Notes under the pieces: model-generated
Told to the model about the DNA's origin: nothing
Database searches by the model: none
Seen by the model: only the letters and a program-made list of their open reading frames with translations
Part shown: in pieces, positions 25,340 to 32,609 of the stretch
How the letters are laid out: every line of letters begins with the position of its first letter
Position numbering within the stretch: the stretch's first letter is position 1
Translations under genes and position numbers: made by a program
Source of the DNA: Candidatus Heimdallarchaeota archaeon
Lineage (GTDB): Archaea > Asgardarchaeota > Heimdallarchaeia > Hodarchaeales > Hodarchaeaceae
Assembly: GCA_048881705.1 (NCBI GenBank)
Contig: JBHLSH010000042.1
Span: 1 to 32,609, forward strand
Direction: 5' to 3'
Length of the DNA: 32,609 nucleotides

Positions 25340-26563
25340 GTGGATCAAATGGCTTATGGAATTTACGATGGATTGGTTGACTGGTTATTGATGCCGTTGC
25401 TAGGGGACCTGGTCCCTGATGCGGACGCAATACGGCCAATAGTGATCGATAGTCTTGAAATGACGTCTATTTTGCTATTCGTAACAGTAAACACCATTTT
25501 TTTGATTTGGTTTGAGCGAAAAGTTGTCGCACGGATGATGAACCGCCGAGGCCCAACCTTCATTGATTTCAACTATGGGGCTCCTTTTGGACGAACATGG
25601 AAATTTGGCTTGTTACAGAACATTGCCGAGTTCTTAAAATTCTTCAGCAAAGAAGATATAGTCCCCGACAAGGCCGATAAGTTTCCTTTCAATGTAGGAT
25701 TTTTTGCTTTTGTCGTAGCACCACCTTTTATTCTTCCCGCACTTCTTCCACTTGGAATATTCGGCCCCGACGCGAGTGGAGTTGTTGCTGATCCAGCAGT
25801 AGGATTTCTTCTGATTTCCGCTCTTTTTGCGCTTTATCCCGTCGGGGTCTTGGTGACGGGATGGTCGAGCAATAACAAATTCTCCCTTTTAGGAGCATTT
25901 AGATCCGCTGCGCAAGTAATTAGTTATGAGATCCCCATGATGTTGGCAATCGGCTCAGTTGTCATGGTAAGCCAATCGTTTTCGCTTCTTGGAATCGCTG
26001 AATTGCAAACAAACAATCCATTGGGGCTTCCTTTCATGGTATTTATGCCCATAGGTTTCATTGTTTTTCTAGTCGCACTTGCAGCGGAAACAGAGCGGAT
26101 ACCATTCGATATACCAGAAGCAGAAGCTGAACTTGTGATGGGGTGGCGAACTGAGCTGACTGGTTTCCGATATATGATGAGTATGGCCAGTGAATACTTC
26201 ATTCTTTTTATCGGGGCCTATGTTGGTGTGTTTCTGTTTTGGGGGGGATGGTATCTCCCGTTCATTCCTGCTGAAACCATTGTTCAATTTCCTTTCTTAC
26301 CCACAATCATTCTGGTCATCAAGTTGTGGCTCTTCATTTTTCTTTATATCTGGGTACGAGCGGCCCTCCCAAGAGTTCGCATTGACCAACTGTTGGATAT
26401 TGGTTGGAAAAGACTTATTCCTATTGCAATAATAAACATAGGAGTGATTGTCTTCTCCCAGATTGCCTTTGATTTGGATGTCACGATGATGGCAATTGTA
26501 GGGTTTGCTACTCTATTCGTTTTGTGGGCTATGAGATTTAAGATAGTAGGAGGATCTACCTAA
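25340..26563 (+). CDS. nuoH: Complex I-like subunit H
   Basis: 'ERKVVARM..RRGP', 'KEDI.P', 'SNNKFSLLGA.RS.AQ.ISYE', 'R.PFD.PEAE.EL', 'PR.R.DQ'. Start GTG 25340 or ATG 25349. Confidence 0.95.
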   Translation: MDQMAYGIYDGLVDWLLMPLLGDLVPDADAIRPIVIDSLEMTSILLFVTVNTIFLIWFERKVVARMMNRRGPTFIDFNYGAPFGRTWKFGLLQNIAEFLKFFSKEDIVPDKADKFPFNVGFFAFVVAPPFILPALLPLGIFGPDASGVVADPAVGFLLISALFALYPVGVLVTGWSSNNKFSLLGAFRSAAQVISYEIPMMLAIGSVVMVSQSFSLLGIAELQTNNPLGLPFMVFMPIGFIVFLVALAAETERIPFDIPEAEAELVMGWRTELTGFRYMMSMASEYFILFIGAYVGVFLFWGGWYLPFIPAETIVQFPFLPTIILVIKLWLFIFLYIWVRAALPRVRIDQLLDIGWKRLIPIAIINIGVIVFSQIAFDLDVTMMAIVGFATLFVLWAMRFKIVGGST

Positions 26564-27213
26564 TGGTAAACTTTAGAAGAATCCCCAGTATTTTTGTAAC
26601 ACGACCTTTAGCCTATGTAGGCCGTATGTTTCTTAGAAAACCGATTACACAGCCCGATGGCGATCGACGTAATAAGGACTCCATTTATTATCCAAAAGAA
26701 ATAGCAAAGAAAGGCGAAGCACTTGTCGATCGAGATTTATCGCTTCCCATTTTCAAACATACTCCGCATATCTCCCCTAATTTCCGGGGACTCCTCTGTC
26801 TGGATATCATGAAGTGTACGGGATGTAGTGCTTGTGAGCGTGTATGTCCCAATAAGTGCATTGAAATGAAAACCGTAGATCCTCAGCCGCTTCATTGGGA
26901 AAAAAAACGGCCCTTACAATTTCCTATGATGTATACAGGCCGCTGCATGTATTGTAATCTTTGTTCTCAAGCATGTCCTTATGATTGCCTCTTCCATACA
27001 CCTTTCTTCGATGCTGCCTCCTCTAAAAACGAGGATTTGTACCATGACGAACATGTTCTTTATCAGCTCTATAAGGATGCTTTTCCAGAGAGGTACGAAA
27101 AAGAACTCAAGGAATACATTGAGAAATGGGGAAAACCTGTTGAAGAAAATGTAGCGAAACCCGGAGATATCGTCTCTGAAGAGGCCCCCGTTGCAGAAGC
27201 TCAGGAAGGATAA
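26563..27213 (+). CDS. nuoI: Complex I-like subunit I (2x[4Fe-4S])
   Basis: 'CTGCSACERVCP' and 'CMYCNLCSQACP'. Confidence 0.93.
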   Translation: MVNFRRIPSIFVTRPLAYVGRMFLRKPITQPDGDRRNKDSIYYPKEIAKKGEALVDRDLSLPIFKHTPHISPNFRGLLCLDIMKCTGCSACERVCPNKCIEMKTVDPQPLHWEKKRPLQFPMMYTGRCMYCNLCSQACPYDCLFHTPFFDAASSKNEDLYHDEHVLYQLYKDAFPERYEKELKEYIEKWGKPVEENVAKPGDIVSEEAPVAEAQEG

Positions 27214-27215
27214 TA

Positions 27216-27791
27216 ATGGCACTGTTACCGGTAGGGTTTTTTGAAACGTTGGAGTTTCTGGTTTTATTCATACTGATTATCTATACGGTGGGAGCTTCGT
27301 TCCTGGCCGTATCGGTAAAGAGTCTTTACCACGCAGTTCTTTGGCTTATTTTTACCTTGTTGGGTATTGCCATGATTTTTCTTCTTTACGCAGAAAGTGC
27401 GCTTCTACTTGTTGTTCAGTTAGTAGTTTATGCAGGTGGGATTACAGTATTGATGCTCTTTGCTATTTCGCTTTCAGGGAAGTTGGCGATGTTTGAACAA
27501 CCCAAAGACTGGAAGCTATTGGATCGACGGTTATCCTTCGCTGGTGCGTTCATCCTGTTTGTGGTCGCCTATTATATACTAACTCAGGTTAGTAGTACTT
27601 TTTGGGGTCTTCAAGATCTGACTAACAAGCCTGAAGAAGCTGTATTGATAGAAAATTTGGCTGTAAACCTCTTCACGACTTATGGTGGAATTATTATTGT
27701 GCTAGGGCTACTTTTACTAGCAGCCATGCTCGGAAGTGTCTATTTGGTCAAGAAGGAATTGTCCCAAACCAAGGAGGTTAATGATCTATGA
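27216..27791 (+). CDS. nuoJ: Complex I-like subunit J
   Basis: 'LYHAVLWL', 'VQLVVYAGGITVL.LFAI'. Confidence 0.92.
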   Translation: MALLPVGFFETLEFLVLFILIIYTVGASFLAVSVKSLYHAVLWLIFTLLGIAMIFLLYAESALLLVVQLVVYAGGITVLMLFAISLSGKLAMFEQPKDWKLLDRRLSFAGAFILFVVAYYILTQVSSTFWGLQDLTNKPEEAVLIENLAVNLFTTYGGIIIVLGLLLLAAMLGSVYLVKKELSQTKEVNDL

Positions 27792-28114
27792 TCTCGGCCC
27801 TATATACTCCAGATGCTTCCGTATTCGTTGGCATTTCAGTGTTATTGTTTCTTATAGGCTTTGCAGGGTTTATCAAGTCACAATCGGCTGTTCGTATGCT
27901 TATATCGATAGAAATTATGCTAAACTCGGCCAACATTAATTTTGCAATCTTCGCCCTTTATAATGACGCGTCATTCATTACAGGTCAGATTGCAGTAATT
28001 ATAAGCATCGCTCTGGCTGCTGCGGAAGCTGCCGTCGGACTGGGCATCATTCTCGCGGTTTACCGACAACATCAAACCATCGACGCAACAGATTTCGTGG
28101 AATTCAAAGGTTAA
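27788..28114 (+). CDS. nuoK: Complex I-like subunit K
   Basis: 'MLISIEIMLNSANINF', 'AAAEAAVGLGI'. ATGA overlap with nuoJ. Confidence 0.95.
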   Translation: MISALYTPDASVFVGISVLLFLIGFAGFIKSQSAVRMLISIEIMLNSANINFAIFALYNDASFITGQIAVIISIALAAAEAAVGLGIILAVYRQHQTIDATDFVEFKG

Positions 28115-28129
28115 ATATGGGTGATCTAA

Positions 28130-30427
28130 GTGTCATTAATTTTCGCTCCACTGGCAGTACTTATACCAGCTATTCCTATTGTGGCCTCGTTTATCGTTCT
28201 GTTTTCTGGAAACAGGGTTGATAAAAAGGCGTTTGGCAATGCAATTGCTCTTGGTGCCATGGCGTTAAGCCTGATCTTAACTATCTTGGTTTCTGGGGAG
28301 GTGCTACTCCAGCTTTTCTCAGGGGTGCACGCGGAGGAGCTAGTTCAGAAAACGGTATTTAGATGGTTTGATATCGGGTCCATTTCGCTAGAAGTCGGTG
28401 CATTGGTTGACCCCCTGGCAGCCATTGTGGGTTTAATGGTATCTTTTGTAGCGCTATTGGTAGTTATCTACAGCCGAAGTTATATGGCGCATGATGGATC
28501 GCCTCGTTATTATGGGGAGATTCTACTTTTCTCTGCTGCAATGTTGGGATTAGTTTTTTCTCCGAATATGATTCAACTTTTCCTTTTTTGGGAAGTTATG
28601 GGAGTCTGTAGTTACTTACTAATCGGATATTATTATGATAAAGAATCAGTTCCAGAAGGACAACCGCACCCTGCCTCGGCTTCAAAGAAAGCATTTTTGA
28701 CTACAAAAGTGGGTGATATCTTTCTTTTTGTGGGTCTGATTCTTCTTTACCTGGAAACTCTGCGTGCAGGACATCCTACATTCGATTTCCTAGAGGTCAA
28801 CGAGCTTCTTGAGACCGGAGCACTCCATGTCGATCCCATGTGGTTTGTACTAATCTCAGTATTAATCTTTGGTGGCGCTGTGGGAAAATCTGCTCAGTTT
28901 CCTCTTCATGTCTGGCTTCCTGATGCCATGGCGGGGCCTACCACTGTAAGTTGTTTAATCCATTCTGCTACCATGGTGAAAGCGGGGATTTTTCTGATTG
29001 CTCGGAATTATCTTGTTTTTGAGTATGCAAATGAAGCGGGAGGGACAGCTTTACTCATCATTGCCGCGATAGGGGGAATCACGGCAATCTTGGCGGGAAC
29101 AATTGCTCTCGTTAAAACTGATATAAAAGGAATTTTAGCTTACTCAACGATAAGCCAGTTAGGATATATGACAATTGGATTAGGCGTTGGTGGGATGGCT
29201 GTTGCGGTTTTTCATGTGATAAATCACGGTATTTTCAAAGCCCTCCTCTTCTTATCGGCTGGATCGGTAATTCATGGTTCTGGAACACAGGACATAAGAG
29301 AAATGGGTGGATTATCCAAGCATATGCCCCATACCTCGAAAGTTATGGCTATCGGGAGCTTATCCTTAGCAGGAATCGGAAATGGATTCTTTAGCAAAGA
29401 TGCTATCATCTTGCATGCTGCTTATCGTGCTCAAAGTTCGGGAATCGGAGGATTCCATGATCAATTGATCACGTTGGTTTGGCTCTCTGCTGTCATTACA
29501 GCCTTTCTTACCGCGTTTTACATCTTCAGAATGTGGTTCCTTGTGTTTTCAGGAACGACCCGAAAACCTGAGCACCATGCACATGAGTCTGACCGATGGA
29601 TGACTGGTCCCTTGTGGGCCCTAGCGATTTTGTCATTAATACTCGCTGGCATTTATATAATAGGTAATATACCCGTGCTTAATATCCAACCAATTCCCTT
29701 GCTTAACATTGAGCATAAACTGATAGAATGGCTAGAATTTTGGTTGGTAGAAGTTCCCCACATACCTGAAGCCATGGTATTTTCGACCCAAGTCTCATCG
29801 ATCATCCTAGCTTTGCTTGGAATCGGCCTGGCTTACCTAATTTATTACCCGCGCGGTAACGCAAAAGCCAGTTTCCCCAAAGATTCTCCATCCTTTGCAT
29901 TTGATGTTTCTGAGGCTGACGGGATCACAGCTATCCAAAGCAGCGCTCGTTCACTAGTAAGAGGTGTGAAAGGTTCCCCAATCGGCCGGGGGATTCAACG
30001 TGTGCTAGAAAAGGGATACTATCTAGATGATTTGTATCTTGGGCTGGTTTATGTGATATACGAATATTATTGTGAAGCTATGAATTGGATCGAAAAGAAT
30101 GTTTTCGATCGGGCGGTTCGGTTCACAGGATGGGTCGGATATACACTCTGTGGAATCTCTAAATGGACTGATGACAACATTGTCGACGGAGCGGTTCGGA
30201 TGACAGCAAAAGCTGGTTTAGCCGTCTGTACCGTAGCAAAACAAACAGATGAACGTGTAATTGACCATGGTATAATTCGTGGGGGCGCACGTGGGGTAAT
30301 CAAGGCGGGTGGATATCTAAGACGAATACAAACGGGTGTTGTCGAAAACTATGCCCTTTACTCCTTACTAGGTGCAATTATCTTGGTCATCACAGCTATT
30401 ATTGTCACAGGGGTTATTCCCCTTTAA
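28130..30427 (+). CDS. nuoL: Complex I-like antiporter-like subunit L
   Basis: 'WEVMG.CSYLLIGY', 'GKSAQFPLHVWLPDAMAGPT.VS.LIHSATMVKAG', 'AYSTISQLG', 'HGIFKALLFL.AGSVIH'. Confidence 0.96.
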   Translation: MSLIFAPLAVLIPAIPIVASFIVLFSGNRVDKKAFGNAIALGAMALSLILTILVSGEVLLQLFSGVHAEELVQKTVFRWFDIGSISLEVGALVDPLAAIVGLMVSFVALLVVIYSRSYMAHDGSPRYYGEILLFSAAMLGLVFSPNMIQLFLFWEVMGVCSYLLIGYYYDKESVPEGQPHPASASKKAFLTTKVGDIFLFVGLILLYLETLRAGHPTFDFLEVNELLETGALHVDPMWFVLISVLIFGGAVGKSAQFPLHVWLPDAMAGPTTVSCLIHSATMVKAGIFLIARNYLVFEYANEAGGTALLIIAAIGGITAILAGTIALVKTDIKGILAYSTISQLGYMTIGLGVGGMAVAVFHVINHGIFKALLFLSAGSVIHGSGTQDIREMGGLSKHMPHTSKVMAIGSLSLAGIGNGFFSKDAIILHAAYRAQSSGIGGFHDQLITLVWLSAVITAFLTAFYIFRMWFLVFSGTTRKPEHHAHESDRWMTGPLWALAILSLILAGIYIIGNIPVLNIQPIPLLNIEHKLIEWLEFWLVEVPHIPEAMVFSTQVSSIILALLGIGLAYLIYYPRGNAKASFPKDSPSFAFDVSEADGITAIQSSARSLVRGVKGSPIGRGIQRVLEKGYYLDDLYLGLVYVIYEYYCEAMNWIEKNVFDRAVRFTGWVGYTLCGISKWTDDNIVDGAVRMTAKAGLAVCTVAKQTDERVIDHGIIRGGARGVIKAGGYLRRIQTGVVENYALYSLLGAIILVITAIIVTGVIPL

Positions 30428-30475
30428 GTTACTCTTAATTTAACAAGTTAATACAAAAACAAAGGTTGAAGACAT

Positions 30476-32005
30476 ATGATAGAACAACTTGGATTAAATG
30501 GAATTCCACTGCTAAGTTTAATCTTCCTCCTCCCAATCATTGCCTCGGTACCTACCTATCTTGTAGGAAAGCTTCGAAATGAACTGGCAAAGTACGTGGC
30601 CCTTTTGGCGAGCGGGGTGGTTTTAGTACTTACTGTGGTTGCTTGGCTTACCTACACTGAGCCTACTGGAAATGCGTGGTTTGCCTTGACTGAAAAATTG
30701 GATATTGGACTTGAAGAATCGCTCGGAATGAGTTATTCTCTAGGAGTTGACGGATTAAGTCTTCCACTGGTCATTCTAAGTGGATTTATCTTCCTGGTTG
30801 CAGTACTGGCCTCCTTTAAGGATATCCATGATCGAGAACCCGCATATTACGCAATGATTCTGCTCTTGGAAACAGGCGTTGTAGGTACGTTCGTCGCTAC
30901 TGATTTCATCATTTTTTATGTTGCTTGGGAACTTGTCCTTGTCCCCATGTTCTTTTTGATCGGAATTTGGGGTGGTCCGAAAAAAGAATACGCAGCTATA
31001 TACTTCTTCATCTATACTCACGTAGCGTCCTTATTCATGTTATTGGGAATAGTAGGATTATGGCTCGAATCGGCAAACTATACAGGCACTAGCATTGGAA
31101 CGTTCTCATTTAGTGTGCTTGCGAGCAATATGGATAAGTTTACAGGTCCATTCGTGCTTCTGGTTTTCTTAGCTCTGCTCTTCGGTTTTATAGTAAAGGT
31201 TCCGTCCGTCCCATTCCATACGTGGTTACCATTGGCACACGTTGAAGCCCCGACTCCAGGATCCATGATTCTGGCGGGCCTTTTGTTGAAAATGGGAGGT
31301 TATGGACTTTTGCGTATGGGTGGATGGTTCCTCCCCAATGCATTGGCAGAATTTGCTTGGCTCGTGGCCACTATCGGGCTCGTTTCACTATTATATGGAT
31401 CATGGGTAGCCTTGCGGCAAATTGACATGAAATCCCTGGTTGCCTATTCCTCAGTGGGCCATATGGGTGTCATCCTATTAGGCGCTGCAACTCAATCACC
31501 TGAAGGATTTGCAGCTGCCATGTATATGCAAATCGCGCATGGTATCATTTCTCCCCTCATGTTCTTCGTAGCAGGTACAATTGGCCACGCGGCCCACACT
31601 CGTGACATTCCAAATCTGAAGGGTATTGCGAAAGCCATGCCAGTATTGGCGGCAGTAATGGTATTTGGGGCATTTGCCAGCGCTGGGCTGCCTGGACTCG
31701 CCGGATTCTGGGCGGAACTGTTGGTTTTCGTCTCTCTCTTCGCTTGGGGCGAATTTGGACGAATTTTGGCATTTATTGGTGTTCTCGGAATAATCTTCAC
31801 GGCAGCGTACTATTTGTGGATGCTTCAACGTACAGTGTTTGGCGATGTCAACCCAGACCTAGCAGATGTTCATGATGTGAATCATTGGTCCCAATTTGTC
31901 GTTCTTGCGGCCCTGTGTTTCTTTACTCTCCTTTTGGGTATAGCTCCATTTCTTCTCTTAGATTTGATGGGAGCGGCCAGCTGGCCTATGGCGGCGGCTG
32001 GATAG
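30476..32005 (+). CDS. nuoM: Complex I-like antiporter-like subunit M
   Basis: 'WEL.LVPM', 'KVP.VPFHTWLP.AHVEAP', 'LLKMGGYG', 'AYSSVGHMG', 'GLPGLAGF.AE'. Confidence 0.96.
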   Translation: MIEQLGLNGIPLLSLIFLLPIIASVPTYLVGKLRNELAKYVALLASGVVLVLTVVAWLTYTEPTGNAWFALTEKLDIGLEESLGMSYSLGVDGLSLPLVILSGFIFLVAVLASFKDIHDREPAYYAMILLLETGVVGTFVATDFIIFYVAWELVLVPMFFLIGIWGGPKKEYAAIYFFIYTHVASLFMLLGIVGLWLESANYTGTSIGTFSFSVLASNMDKFTGPFVLLVFLALLFGFIVKVPSVPFHTWLPLAHVEAPTPGSMILAGLLLKMGGYGLLRMGGWFLPNALAEFAWLVATIGLVSLLYGSWVALRQIDMKSLVAYSSVGHMGVILLGAATQSPEGFAAAMYMQIAHGIISPLMFFVAGTIGHAAHTRDIPNLKGIAKAMPVLAAVMVFGAFASAGLPGLAGFWAELLVFVSLFAWGEFGRILAFIGVLGIIFTAAYYLWMLQRTVFGDVNPDLADVHDVNHWSQFVVLAALCFFTLLLGIAPFLLLDLMGAASWPMAAAG

Positions 32006-32048
32006 CTGGATGGTAGTGCATATTAGTCATAAAAGGTGAGATCAATCC

Positions 32049-32609
32049 ATGAGTGATCCAATCACAGTGTTTTTCCCCTTTCTAACACTCTTGGGCACAA
32101 TCATCTTGTGTCTAGGCATCGAAGCCTTTGATATTGACCGACGTATAGTGTCTCCTATTGCCATCATTGGTACACTAGTGGCATTGGCTACAGTGGTTTT
32201 GGGAATCACTCAACAGGAAAAAACCTATTTATTTGGGAATCCTACTGATTTATTGGCATTGAGCACTTCTGGCGGTGGAATTTTTGTCATTGACAACTTT
32301 TACAGATTCTTTGCTATAACGTTTCTCATTGTACTATTGTTTGTCATTGCCTCTAGCATAGAGTACATGAATGGCGAAAGAAACTTAGGAATCTATTACA
32401 TCCTGTTAGTCTTCGCGACTCTCGGGATGATGTTGGTCGCCGCCGCAAACGATATTCTAGCCATATTTGTGGCCTGGGAATTGGGGAGTCTTCCAGTGTA
32501 TACTCTGGTTGCTTTTCAAAAAGCAAAAGCGGAAACTAGTGAAAGTGCCCTTAAAATGTTCCTTATCGGAGCCATGTCTTCAGCCTTTATCCTGTTCGGA
32601 ATATCTTTG
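32049..32609 (+). CDS. nuoN: Complex I-like antiporter-like subunit N, 5' part (runs off the window; absent from the ORF track)
   Basis: Manually translated open frame from ATG 32049: MSDPITVFFP...'IFVAWELGSLPVYTL'...'SESALKMFLIGAMSSAFILFGISL'. Confidence 0.92.
   Translation, partial: MSDPITVFFPFLTLLGTIILCLGIEAFDIDRRIVSPIAIIGTLVALATVVLGITQQEKTYLFGNPTDLLALSTSGGGIFVIDNFYRFFAITFLIVLLFVIASSIEYMNGERNLGIYYILLVFATLGMMLVAAANDILAIFVAWELGSLPVYTLVAFQKAKAETSESALKMFLIGAMSSAFILFGISL

Noticed and set aside
21-31828. Numerous short ORFs overlapping or antisense to well-supported genes (e.g. 21-242, 820-1035, 3924-4217, 7622-7915, 10538-10936, 11891-12265, 14771-15139, 15687-16052, 26914-27222, 31492-31800)
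   Set aside because: Shadow frames of genes with clear family motifs; they have no recognisable motifs of their own.
1-32609. CRISPR arrays, IS elements/transposases, integrases, rRNA, selenocysteine read-through or programmed frameshifts
   Set aside because: No regularly spaced repeats, terminal inverted repeats, recombinase ORFs or interrupted reading frames were seen by eye; the tRNA genes show no flanking att-like duplication within the window.

Overview
A 32.6 kb archaeal chromosomal window, gene-dense and mostly housekeeping and energy metabolism. Archaeal origin is shown by Dph5, a CTP-dependent riboflavin kinase with HTH, aTrm5, FEN1, a tRNA intron with a bulge-helix-bulge motif and TATA-like promoters. 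A Rab-like small GTPase and a TRAP-beta-like glycoprotein suggest an Asgard archaeon, possibly Heimdallarchaeia (inference, not tested phylogenetically). Contents in order: PUA/MCT-1-like protein, gcvH, dph5, wHTH-fused FAD synthase, RbkR-type riboflavin kinase, intron-containing tRNA-Lys(CTT), trm5, pcm, fen1, tRNA-Val(TAC), tRNA-Leu(TAG), translin/TRAX, gcvPB/gcvPA, Ig-like membrane protein, Rab-like GTPase, queD-like, an unlisted 41-aa membrane ORF, a second lipoyl-domain protein, a hypothetical protein, a THUMP-less ThiI, a kinase-SDR-MFS operon, M24 peptidase, TPR-like protein, small wHTH protein, B12 radical SAM, and a complex I-like operon (nuoABCDHIJKLM plus N, truncated by the window end) lacking EFG. 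Most notable: (1) a 31-nt tRNA intron at the non-canonical 48/49 position; (2) a candidate sulfur-relay module of an LbpA-like lipoyl carrier, a Cys-bearing MoeB-CTD-like protein and a THUMP-less CxxC ThiI; (3) a NuoD retaining two hydrogenase/MBS-type cysteines; (4) an FMN/FAD gene pair with two wHTH domains and a candidate operator. No CRISPR array, rRNA or mobile element was seen. All family assignments come from motif recognition without database searches.
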